A stretch of DNA of 63,994 nt, filler included, from Streblomastix strix (taxonomy: Eukaryota): assembly GCA_008636045.1 (NCBI GenBank). It is 3 parts of 3 records of this genome, joined end to end, with 100 filler letters (N's around TTAATTAATTAA, not from the genome) between each part and the next. Parts side by side here need not be neighbours in the genome. Positions count along the whole stretch, not along the records: positions 1 to 21,852 come from SNRW01000349.1; 2 more parts are not named here. The stretch is one strand, 5' to 3'. A program made the position numbers and the translations under genes. Below the pieces are notes generated by a model, which saw only the letters and a program-made list of their open reading frames with translations, was not told where the DNA came from and did not search any database. This document shows positions 1 through 10,952 of this stretch, in pieces; within the stretch, counting starts at the first letter, position 1; every line of letters begins with the position of its first letter.

Positions 1-280
1 TTTCCATATGTTCTGATGAATCTGTTCAAATCAATCAATATCCATTCTGTATTAGTAATATTATCAAAGGAAACTTCTCTCCAAATTCAAACAATCAGCA
101 CATTTGGACTTTAATTTCCCTTAAACTGAAGGAGCTTATTTGAAAAGACTGTTGAAGAATGCATTAACTGAACTAATAGACTTACTGACACATATGCTAC
201 GATATGATCCAGATGAGAGATACAATGCTCATCAATGTCTGAAACATCCATATTTGCAGTTAATTGAGAGAAGCTGACAT
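1..280 (+). pseudogene. C-terminal part of a CMGC (MAK/CDK-like) protein kinase, frameshifted; a Ser/Asn-rich tail follows to ~950
   Basis: Translation LKRLLKNALTELIDLLTHMLRYDPDERYNAHQCLKHPYL (~140-255) matches kinase subdomain XI. A frameshift lies near 120. Confidence 0.7.
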
Positions 281-1050
281 TCGATCAACAACCGATCTTA
301 TCTGAATCATCTGAAGCAAATCCTGAAGCTCTTACATCAATGAATTCAATACAATCATTCTCATCAAGTCAAATATAATATAATGAATATTGAATTGAAT
401 GGATATGAAAGTACAAAAGCTCATTCAGAAAATCTTCAGAATATTCAACATCCACAAACAAATGTTGTTACTCTTCCTTTAAGCTAATCATTTGTCAATC
501 TTTTCAATAGAAACAAGATTAATCACAAACTGGCATTCATTCACTTCCTCCATTATCCAATGCAATATCAGATGAAAACACTTCTAATCAGTAAAATGGT
601 TCATTGAATACCAATTTTATTAATTCAAACACATCACCAAATTTCATTACTTCCTTCACTGAATGATATTTATTCTTCATTCTCTAATAATCATTCTGAA
701 AATCAAATAAATAACAATCTAATTTAATCTCAAATTCAACTGAAACAACAAAATCAATCACTTCAATTTCAAAATCAACTTCATTTATAACTTCCTTCTC
801 TTTGAACACAGTCATCTGCATCATCATAGAATTCTACATCAGCACAACCCACATCACTTCCTTCAATATTGTCTCGATCATTAAGTGATACAGATGATCT
901 ACTTGATTTTAAAGAATATGAATTGTATTTCTAATATTATATTGATGCATTATTCTAAAATGATTATAATAGAGGATTACTAAAAGAATGAAGATGAGAT
1001 TGATATTGAGAATTTAACTCAATTTGAATTACCGATATTAGTAGTATAGT

Positions 1051-1175
1051 ATGAAAAAGTTTGGGACATGTCTAAAATCATTCATTTTCAAATCAATCTG
1101 CACGCGCTAAACGCACAGTTGTAGCCCTTAGATTTGAAAATAAATGATTCTGAACTTATCCCATCAAATCTTCAT
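1051..1175. repeat. Imperfect hairpin at the left edge of the element
   Basis: aatcattcattttcaaatc (1076-1094) pairs with gatttgaaaataaatgatt (1131-1149) at 18/19; looser pairing extends to 1051/1175. Confidence 0.8.
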
Positions 1176-1204
1176 CCAAATTATCTAATAGACATATCAA
1201 AAAG

Positions 1205-1375
1205 CACTAATCCACAACACTAATATAATGAATGAATAAATATAATTAAAATGAACGATTTAAAACAATTTGCACACATTAATCCACAAGACTAGTGAAT
1301 AAGCGTTCATATATTCATTAATCCACAACACTTATGTGTATCATGAATAAATAAACACTAATCCACAGCGCTAAT
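1205..1375 (+). repeat. Four direct repeats CA(C/T)TAATCCACA
   Basis: TAATCCACA at 1208, 1280, 1319 and 1359. Confidence 0.8.
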
Positions 1376-1588
1376 CTATATGATTAATGGTGTTCATTAC
1401 TAAAGTATTTGCGGCGCGGTGAAAACACAATATTTATGTACGTTTACGGATACAGCAAATGGTTTTAGTAAATCTGGACAAGTAATTATACCGTTAATCC
1501 TTATGATTTTCCTGTGTTACTAAAACCAAAGGTTCTGGCAACTGAATTGCTATTTAATTAATAAAAATAAATTTAAGAGGGAATTATC

Positions 1589-1792
1589 TCACTAATTAGC
1601 ATTAGATTTTTTATTTTTAAAATAAGCTTCAGATATACGTATTATGTCACGTACATGGTCTAACATAAAATATAGATTTGAAGCATATTTTTTCTTTGCT
1701 TCGGTATCTTTAATTTCATTATTAAGTTGTTAGTATTCTTATTGTAATTTTGGTTCTAGCTCTTTAAAATACTCATACATTTATTTGTCCAT
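1589..1792 (-). CDS. Small viral hypothetical protein (67 aa, helical)
   Basis: Open ATG-to-TGA frame in TAR=Gln code: MDKQMYEYFKELEPKLQQEY...; upstream TATTATTTTTGTTCC motif. Confidence 0.65.
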
Positions 1793-1818
1793 TTTAAATA
1801 GGGAACAAAAATAATAAT

Positions 1819-2025
1819 TCAAATAAATTTTGCCAAAATAATTATCATATGTAAATTTACTATCATTTCAAATATTATGTCCAATTCATTTTTTATTGAT
1901 TAAGTAACAATACTATCTGTTTAATCATAAAATTAACGATTGTCCAATTATTCTTTCAATATGTAATAATCATTTGTCATGGCATCATAAATACTTTCAA
2001 TTGATCTGAGATGATATGGATTCAT
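1819..2025 (-). CDS. Small viral hypothetical protein (68 aa)
   Basis: MNPYHLRSIESIYDAMTNDYY...; same upstream motif as the neighbouring gene. Confidence 0.6.
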
Positions 2026-2054
2026 TTTTAGTATAGGAACAAAAATAATAGTGT

Positions 2055-2700
2055 CAATATAAATCAAAATTAATATCTTTGTACTATTCTTCATACTTTA
2101 CAGGTTCTTCTTAACATTCTTGAGTAGCTTAAATTTATTCAATTTCTTATTCTTTTCGTGCTTTTGATTCTTTGGATTCTTTTGGTTCTTTTGGCTACTT
2201 ATATTGTTTTACTTTTTATTTATATTTCTCTATTTGTTTAACAGCATCTTAATGTTATTATCTAATAAATGAATTTTCAGTTCTCAATCAAATTAATTCC
2301 TCCAAATCAAGTTGCGGATAAGTATAATTAATTTATGGAGTTTTTAATGTTTTTATTATTCTTTTTCTAACTTGTTTCTTTAATGGTTTTTCTCTAACTT
2401 CGCTTATGGAATTGTCATCACTTTCATTTTATTCCTCTTATGGCTCATAAGATATAAAATCTTCATCTTCATCAAGTTATTTTTAAGGTTGTTTTTAAAC
2501 ATTTTTCTTTGGAGCTACCCCTCCTCTAGCTTATAACAATAACTTATTCTACTATGTTTAAGTTAATTTTTTTTAAGTGTCTTCTTTCCTTCGTCGAACA
2601 CTTTAATATCTTTATTAATTTGGATTATTTATCCAATGACAAAGTATTCAATATTTGTTTCATTCTCTATCATATTCTTTAATGCATGTTGTATGTCCAT
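2055..2700 (-). pseudogene. Acidic/basic low-complexity viral protein, frameshifted
   Basis: MDIQHALKNMIENETNIEYF...; frameshift in a poly-T run near 2570; EPKESKESK-type repeats. End approximate. Confidence 0.5.
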
Positions 2701-2777
2701 TTGAATATTTTTAAATAAAGAAAATGATAAAGGGCATAGAAAGAAACTCAATTCACATGTCAAAAACCAAAAAATAA

Positions 2778-3490
2778 ATGTCAGAGATTAAGCATAAAGG
2801 GCTTACGGATGAAGATAAAATAGGATTGCAATTGATCGATGATGCAATTAGTCGAATCAAGACAATGACTCAGATAGGTCTCGAACGAAGTGAAACCATT
2901 GACGATACATTAAAACCAAAAGAAAATCCAATTTAGACTGAAAATGAAATTATTCAAGTAACACCTGAATAATTGATCCTAACAGAATAAAAAATTACTA
3001 AATATAAGAGCAAATACAATAAAGATAAATATAAACAAATTGATAGAACAACTGCATAAGTATATCCTGAGGAAATAGTTAAAAATACTTATCTTTCTCA
3101 CTCTAAATTGCAGGTAATGAAATTCATTATCGATTGCCTATGGAAGACGGTAACAACAAGAAAAATAGGTGATGATTTTATATTCTCATCAGATAACTTC
3201 ATTAAACTTTGGTCTTTAATCACTTAAGAGAATAAAGATGATATTGAAATTGTACTAGAGGAACCATTAATGAGATCTCGTTCATGCATAGGCAAATCAT
3301 ATAAAAAGAAAGATCAAATAAGAGTAATGGATATTTTGATCAAAAATGTATCTGTTAAAGTACTAGACAATGTTCTCTATAATTCTATTGAGAAACTATA
3401 TCGTGTGAATTGTGATTTTGTTCGTTTATCTAATGTATCTGAAGTAGAGATTTCCAAAAATGATTTTAGAAATAATTAATTTAGCTGTCT
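2778..3490 (+). CDS. Conserved viral hypothetical protein (similar to 52707-53334)
   Basis: Continuous frame from ATG 2778 through track ORF 3270-3479 when TAA/TAG = Gln. The native stop is unclear. Confidence 0.7.
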
Positions 3491-3529
3491 ATTTTTTTTA
3501 CCATTTATTTATTTTTACCAATAACCAAA

Positions 3530-3976
3530 ATGCTTTCACAATCAGAAATCGTTAAATGTGAAATAATTATGCATCCTCAAATTAAAATAGCAAAGGAAAT
3601 TAACGTTGAACCAATATATAAATGTGGTGATGATTTCTATTAACGAACAGTAAATTAATATAATAAACCACACTATAAATTATTGAAACGTTATGGTAAT
3701 AATCCGAGTTATCCATAATAAATTTATATATTGATTGAGAGAAGAAATAATTAGCATATTGATGGTACAATTAAATAGTATATTTAATTGATGAAATAAC
3801 TTAAAGATAACACATCTAACTATCCAATACGAAACTTAAGTGAAGATGATGCAGTCAAATATCGTGAACTAAGATAAGCAGTTGAATAAATGTAAGCTCA
3901 AACAAAATATAATTAATATAATTAATTTGGGATTAAAAGTCTAGTTAATAGTATGTATTATTATGTTAATGAATGA
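3530..3976 (+). CDS. Viral hypothetical protein (148 aa)
   Basis: Open ATG-to-TGA frame MLSQSEIVKCEIIMHPQ...KSLVNSMYYYVNE*. Confidence 0.7.
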
Positions 3977-3981
3977 TCGTT

Positions 3982-4005
3982 GAAACCTTTGGTTTGAGCT
4001 CTGCT
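3982..4005 (+). repeat. 24-bp hairpin element, copy 1 (intergenic)
   Basis: GAAACCTTTGGTTTGAGCTCTGCT; related copies at 13264, 15167, 18515 and 19490. Confidence 0.85.
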
Positions 4006-4057
4006 AATCGTTTATGCTCAGAGAATCATAGATTCAATGATTATTTTTGTAATAAAA

Positions 4058-5053
4058 ATGGAATAATAATTAAGCGATTTAGATATAATTGATGAAGACG
4101 AATAGATTAATTAATAAGAATAGGTAATTAAATTAATAAAATAATGAGAAGAGTAATAAAAATAAATTAAAGAACGTAATACATTATTATAAGATATTGA
4201 TAATGAGATTATTAAGTACTTTAATTATTTAAGTTAATTCTTTAAGAATTCTATCGATTTTGTTAATTTACATACTGACTAGATTATTCGTGGAGTAAAG
4301 ACATTTTTATCACCAATCACTGCTGGCAATTTTATTAAATAAGGTGGAACAAGTAACTAAATTCTATTGACTAATGGTGAAACATTAGATGTAGGTGATT
4401 TTTTACCAAAACAATATCCTCATGCGCCTGGGTAATTGATTATTGAAACGAGTTATAGTATATTAGATTAGGGTATAAGATTAATGAAAAATAATGCGAA
4501 TTGGGATAGTTTTGTACTCACTGGCTGCAACATTGACCCTGCAAATAGAGATTGGGTACGGAAAGTTGGTTAAACTTCATCATAATTTAGAATCTAAAAA
4601 TAAGAAGATTAAACTTATGATTATAAGGGTCTAATTATTGATTTTGATTGTACTACTTTAAAATTTAATAACTAATTTATTGCACCAATATCAGCAAAAT
4701 CAGGAATTTTTCATGTGGGGGATTATGTCGTTGGGTTAAGCTAATGGTCTTTAGTTTTGCATAGCAGCGGTTTCGTTTATATTAGCGCATATCTTCATTG
4801 GACGTCATAAGGTGGTTCGACTTGTATACCCGTCACGGTTGGATACGTTGATGCTGAATTTATCCCCCATTTTTCTGACCGTGTAGCCATGTAACATTTA
4901 ACAGCACGATCTTAACAAATTACTTAATATTTTGACTGTGTAATCAATTAGTATGTGTAAGTTTTTATTAATTCCAATTCTCTTTCAATATTACCTTCTC
5001 CATTAAATGTGGAAATTAATGGTACGTTTTTTATTAATTTTGGTGTAAGCTGA
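4058..5053 (+). CDS. Fibre / receptor-binding protein 1 (phage tail-fibre-like); one internal TGA at 4145
   Basis: N-terminal coiled coil, module FVNLHTDQIIRGVKTF...FIKQGGTSNQILLTNG, and a beta-rich C-terminal head ending INGTFFINFGVS*. Confidence 0.75.
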
Positions 5054-5076
5054 TGATAAATTCAAAAATAAACAAA

Positions 5077-5202
5077 ATGAATTCGAATAATGAAACCATC
5101 ATCTATTCTCTTGAATAATTGAACATTAACTGGCACGAAATCTTTAAAGCTATTTGGGAAGCAGCAATTAAATATGTCTGCGATTCAAAGATATGTAGAT
5201 GA
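5077..5202 (+). CDS. Very small hypothetical protein (41 aa)
   Basis: MNSNNETIIYSLEQLNINWHEIFKAIWEAAIKYVCDSKICR*, preceded by AAAATG context. Confidence 0.4.
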
Positions 5203-5255
5203 AAAATATATTCGAAGATTCTAGACTCGAAGAGTATAATTTTATTTTTGTAAAT

Positions 5256-7240
5256 TCACTAACGTTAAATAACTCCTTTAGCAACTTCTCCAATGACATC
5301 AACATTTAGTACTTAAGGCATTGAACAATCATCAAATATGTTTCTAACAAACGCATCACACAAGTAATGCATCATTGGAGTAATAGATGCTTTAGTTGGG
5401 TTAGTATATGCTCTAGTTCCAATGAATTATTTGAAACCATTTTAGTTCTATGATGGATTTATATTAGTTGTATCAATAATTCCTTTAGTCAAACTTCCTT
5501 GCAAAATAACTACTACATTAGTTCTAGAACCTAGGTTTGAAGAGTTATATCCCCGCATAAATGAATCATCAGTAGTTAGTTTTCATGCAAGCATAAATTT
5601 GTTAGGACAAAGTGTTCTAATAGCTTTATTTCCACTATACAATGTTGTTAAATAGAATATATTAACTGGTTTATAAAAATTTTCAGGATCTATCCATCTA
5701 TAGAAATGGCTCTTATCATCAATATTCAAGGTTTCAAATGTAAGTGAATGATATAGATCTGATGGAGCACTAACAACATCTTAATCAACGAGGCAGTCAA
5801 ACATTTATCCATTAATTGTTTAATTTACTGACTTATATGGTTGTGGGATAACATTATTCTAATCAATATCAAGGTTTAGTCCTGAGAATAATACAGGGAA
5901 AAAACCACATTGGATATTAGGGCATAGCAAATGTCATAAATAATGCCTTTATGTTAGTGAATGACATAATGCTTTACATTGATCCACTATTTTTATCAAA
6001 TCCACTAAATGGAAAGTTTGATGATTATGTTCAAAAAATTTAAGTAGGAAAGTTAATTATTTTTTTGTTATTGAATCAAACCAATTATAGCTTCTTTATT
6101 TTAAATATTGAAGCATACATTCTATATCTCCAATACATCGAATTTAGCTGTCCCAATCTAACTAATTGAATTTTGTAGTATCTTATCAACAATAGCCGCA
6201 TTTTATATATATACAATTTTTACATTATATCTTTAATACGATAGACCATTAGCATTATATCCTGATAATAGATAAACAGTATCAGGTTTCTCAGGAGGAA
6301 TCATGTGATAAGCTAAATGATTATTTTAAATAGTATCATTTTTATTAAGCCAAATAACCTTCAAGTCTTATAAGAAATTTTATATCCATAATTGTAGATA
6401 TAATGTTGCATAATTACGAATAAGCACAGGGAATGAATTGAATATAAGATTTAGTTGGTTAAGATCAAGTACTCCACTAAATGTAATATCATTAGGAATT
6501 CTGTAATAAAATGGTGTTCCAACGGTGGCAGCAGCTGCATATCTATCTATTTCACAAAGTGGAATATCTATAAATACTCCACAATGACGTTTTCGTTCAA
6601 TTATACTTTCTAATTGAGATACGCTATCGCTATTTTTAGTGCGCAAATCACTAAGAGAATTTCCACTAATAACTGCTTATTCTCTTGCATAGATTGCAGA
6701 TCCCCATAGTGCTGTTGCATCATTCAATAGTTAGAATTAGTAGAATGGTCCACACGCAGTTGAGAAACCAATCCAAAATTATAGATGTTCTGATGATTCA
6801 ACCCCTTAAGCTGTTTTATCAAAATATCCTTATGACGCTTATGTCATATTGTCAGTCCAATCAGCTAACGGATTTTCTTTACCATTGAAATTAGTTCGTG
6901 CAATTAATTTTCCTGTAGTATTACAGTCTAAATATGTTTTATTTAATTATTTCGCTAATGTATTTGCTGGTATAGTAATTGTCCAATTTACCTTACAAGT
7001 TTATACCATTGAACATGCTGATTTTCCTCTTGCTCCTAATGGTGCTCTAGTATATTTAACTCCACTTGATGTTTGTTCAGTTATTGGAGAATGGAAAAAA
7101 TTTTGCTTTGATATTTCAAATGATTGTGAATGTATAGATAAAGTTTTTAGAACTTCTCCAAGTAACATATATCCACTAACATAACCAGGTTGTGCTATTT
7201 TTGCTAATTTTTCAAGATAATCACTGCATTTGAAAGACAT
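5256..7240 (-). pseudogene. Major capsid protein (double jelly-roll, metamonad Polinton type), several frameshifts
   Basis: ~660 codons, beta-rich. FWIGFSTACGPF...REQAVISGNSL...HCGVFIDIP...DLNQLNLIFNSFPVL resembles metamonad Maverick MCPs as I recall them. Size and genomic context fit. Confidence 0.75.
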
Positions 7241-7303
7241 TTCAATAAAACAAAAATTAATGAACTGAAGTCAAAGACTAAGCTTCGTTAATAGATGTTC
7301 ATG
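7241..7303 (-). promoter_or_regulatory. Upstream element shared by the MCP and penton genes
   Basis: The 21 nt before the ATG are 19/21 identical to those of the penton gene (18035-18055). A triloop hairpin and AGAT(G/C)TTCATG follow. Confidence 0.6.
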
Positions 7304-7327
7304 TTAAAAGTTTTCATAATAAATCAA

Positions 7328-7534
7328 ATGGGTGTCTTCTCTGGAATAACAAATTTTGGGTCGAAAATATTAGAAGGCGTTAAGAAAGCAGCATAATGGG
7401 TTGCATCAGCATTGCATAAAGTTTTGTCAACAATATCAGGTCCTGTTGGAATGATTCACCCTGGAATTGGAGGCGCATTAGGTGCAAGAGCTAATCTTGC
7501 AGGTGCTGTTGATCGTTTTGTAAATAAACGCTGA
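7328..7534 (+). CDS. 68-aa amphipathic protein resembling the adenovirus protein VI lytic helix; possible N-myristoylation
   Basis: MGVFSGITNFGSKILEGVKKAAQWVASALHKVLSTISGPVGMIHPGIGGALGARANLAGAVDRFVNKR*; intact frame. Confidence 0.75.
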
Positions 7535-7559
7535 TAAAGACCAATTTATTTTTATTAAA

Positions 7560-9782
7560 ATGAACAACACATTGTCTTAATAGTAAATCCGAACAGTTAG
7601 ATAACTTATCACTAACGATATAGCTTACTACATTCAATATTAAAAACGAGGTAATTCTAGTGGAGGAATGATGTCAAATGAAGAGTATCAATTATTCATA
7701 GATAATAACAATGCTTTAGTCTATGCTGCTAACAATTAAATCGTTGATGGAATTGCATCAGATTATGCATTAAAGATAGAACCTAATGGATTATTAACGA
7801 TAAAGAATTTGAAAGTGATTAATTTTGATTTTGTCGCTTAGATTAATTAGTTGATTAATTAAGTGAATTTACTATAACTATCAATTGGGACAACTGAATA
7901 GGATATCACTGACACAAAAAAATGATATTGATACCATTAATCAAGAACTATCAAGATAAACACATTTTCGAGGATATTATTTATTGAATACTGATATATA
8001 AAATTTACCTAAATCCGCTAATGGTGATTTTTCATTTAGTGCTGAAAGTAGGACAGTTCGGTTGTATGATTAAAATTGGTATAATAGCGGAGATATAGTT
8101 CCAGATCAAGTAACGCCTGCAAGTGATGAAACTTCATTATCTGATGGTACAGCAACTGCAGGAATTAGCACTGAATATTCACATGAAGATCAAGTAAATC
8201 CATTAAATATAACAATTACTATTCCACCTATTGATTCTGCTAGTGGATTTGTTGGTTCAACTAACTGTTATGCAAGAAACGATCATTCTCATCCTCTCAA
8301 TATAACAACTTCATTATCTCCGCAAGATTGTGCAAGTAAATCAGTTGGTACAGCTAATTATTATGCTAGATCCGATCATTCTCATCCAATTAACGTAGAA
8401 ACTAATGCTTCAAATATTACAATCGGTGATGGTGTTGGTGCTGATGGAACATCAGCTTTTTACGCTAGACAAGATCACGTTCGTCCATAGCAATTAACTT
8501 ATGATGAAAATGTTACTGCAACTAAATTTATTAAAACTGGTTGAACAAGTAACGATATATTGTTAGCAAATGGTGATACAAAAGTTATATCAGATATAGT
8601 GGGTGATCATTTACTGTAATAGACCCAGAATAATATGTTAAATTATGTACGTTTATAGCTTTAAATACTAGTCCAGATAATTCAATTGAATTCAAAGTAG
8701 CTACTAGAAGTGGATTTGGATAAATATAATTCAACTAACATTGGAATAATGGTATAGGTATAAATAACTATTAGTATAAATTTACTCCCTCATTAGCTTC
8801 TGGTTTTAATAGTGCATGGATCTTATATTTTGAAACAGGTTTAACTAGATATGGTGAATTATGGTGTCTATTAGATAGTTATTCTTCTAATAAAGTTATA
8901 TATTAAACTGATATAAGTGCTTTTTAGGGTAATATTACTGATATATTAACTACTAATTCATAATCAGCTTTACCTACAGACTATTCTATTTTAAATTAAT
9001 TATTTCCAAATTCATATGGTAGTATGTAAGTTAATCCAACTACTAATCAATTTAGTTAAGGAATAAGAATGTCATATTCTACCAATACTAATTATAGAGG
9101 AATATTTCTTGGTTATGATCCACTATCAACTACAGGATCATTACAAGATTAGAGGAACACAGTAAATACACCTGTTGGTTAATTTGTGATAGGAGTTAAT
9201 GATTAAATTACTGAGACAAATTAAGGATTAATGATATCAGCTGATGGAAACACATTAACTTTCAATAATAATTAATTCGTTGATTTAAACATTGATTAAA
9301 CAATTACTGGTAGAAAAACATTCGGAAAATTAAAATAAGTAATTCCATCAAATACTGGAGCATTTAACGAAGGGATAAAAATTAGTAGGCACCCGACCAA
9401 CTAATGGAGTAATATATAATTTGGCAGTGATCCAAATACAAATACTGGATGTATTGATAATTAATGGTTGATCGGAACATCAGGAAATGATGCGTAAAAT
9501 CCACTTGGCTTTATAATCGTTAAAGCAGGATAAGAAGGTTAGGCTAATAGAGGATTACAGATCAGTGCTGATGGAAATTCATTATCTTTCAATGGATAAG
9601 TTATTGTATGAAATGGTGCAAATAACGGTGCCACAGATGGGTCAGTTAATTATTCTGCAAGCAATACAATCCTATGGGGTGCAAATAGTCTTGGAACAGA
9701 TGGTGATTTCTATACCAATGGAACTACTGTATTCTGGAGAGCACATGCATTACAATTTGATCCGCACTACTAAGGATGTTGA
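7560..9782 (+). pseudogene. Long fibre protein 2 with YARxDHxHP repeats; two internal TGA (8542, 9609) and one frameshift (~8610)
   Basis: Four repeats (YSHEDQVNP, YARNDHSHP, YARSDHSHP, YARQDHVRP), a DQTITGRKTF module and two GL.ISADGN.L.FN modules. Confidence 0.8.
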
Positions 9783-9831
9783 GGATTTTTAATTCGCCAA
9801 TTCATACTTGGATAATTTATTTTTGAAATAA

Positions 9832-10230
9832 ATGGAAAAAGCTGTAACACAACCGATAAAAAAATTGTTTAATGAATTAGTTAAATAACACTTTTATGAA
9901 AACAATACTGTTAAAGTTACAATTGAAGCATTTTAAAATTTGTTAAAGAATGATATAAAAGAATCAATTCATCCATTACTCTAAAAATTAATGAGAATAA
10001 ATAAAATGTTCAAATAATCAGCAGCAGTAATTATAAAAATATAAAGAAAATGGTTGATGGAGAAGAATATGAAAATAAGTTATTTAATGAATAGTGTATA
10101 TACTTCAAAAATAAATACCTATTAATAAAAAGCCATTAGATATAAATAATTATCCATAACAAATAAAGAAGTACATTATCTCGGAAGCTAGTGAGGAAGA
10201 AAAATAGATTTACAATTAATTTGTGAATGA
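9832..10230 (+). pseudogene. Viral hypothetical protein, frameshifted
   Basis: MEKAVTQPIKKLFNELVKQHFYENNTVKV...; TTATTTTTG upstream motif. End approximate. Confidence 0.45.
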
Positions 10231-10250
10231 TGAGTAATACAGTAACTTTG

Positions 10251-10559
10251 TCAATTACTATTCTCTTCAGAAGGCATCTCTTAGTGGGGAATAATTTAAT
10301 CTAAAATAATTTGAATTTTAACCTGTTATATATATTCGATTATATCTTTAATTTTATCTTACAATGGATCGAGAGTACAAAAGTGAAAATGTTACAACCT
10401 CATATTATATCTACTTTTATCAGTTTGATTTAACTCAACCATAAATTTCCATGGAATTACTGTATTAGTGTTAAGAGCTTAAAATATTTTGAATTTCTCA
10501 TAATCAGATGCATCATACTTATCACCAATTGTTTTTGCTAAACTATACATCTCGTACAT
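10251..10559 (-). CDS. Viral hypothetical protein (102 aa)
   Basis: Open frame MYEMYSLAKTIGDKYDASDYEKF...EENSN*. Confidence 0.6.
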
Positions 10560-10570
10560 TTTATTATTTT

Positions 10571-10936
10571 TCAAAAAATTTTTTTATTTGGTTAATTTAA
10601 CATTTTAAGATACAAGATGTATCTCCAATGAGTTGCCAATTCCAAATCTTTATTAGATATTGCTTCATTCAAAAATGCTTCAATTAATTCTATAGATAGC
10701 TATGACCAATGTATGCGAGGTTAATTTTTATCCATTTTTTTGTAAAAGAATTGTATAATGTAAATAGTTATATTTAATGGGACCAATACTATATCGAAAT
10801 AACTCCATAATGTTTTAATTACATTAACTGTATCCATTAATTTATCAGGAATTGACATAGATATAATTGATGTTATAAAATTAACTCCATAGAACATGTA
10901 ATTCATTATTCCCATGATTATCGACAGTATGTTCAT
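10571..10936 (-). CDS. Putative membrane protein (121 aa)
   Basis: Track ORF 10721-10936 extends through TAA to TGA at 10571; two hydrophobic segments. Confidence 0.65.
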
Positions 10937-10952
10937 TTTATTATTTTTGAAA

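Noticed and set aside
1205..1375. Repeat/spacer pattern resembling a CRISPR array
   Set aside because: Repeats are only ~12 nt, spacing is irregular, the context is eukaryotic and there are no cas genes.
3930..3970. KSLVNSMYY resembles PolB motif B (KxxxNSxYG)
   Set aside because: Short match in a 148-aa protein with no other polymerase motif.
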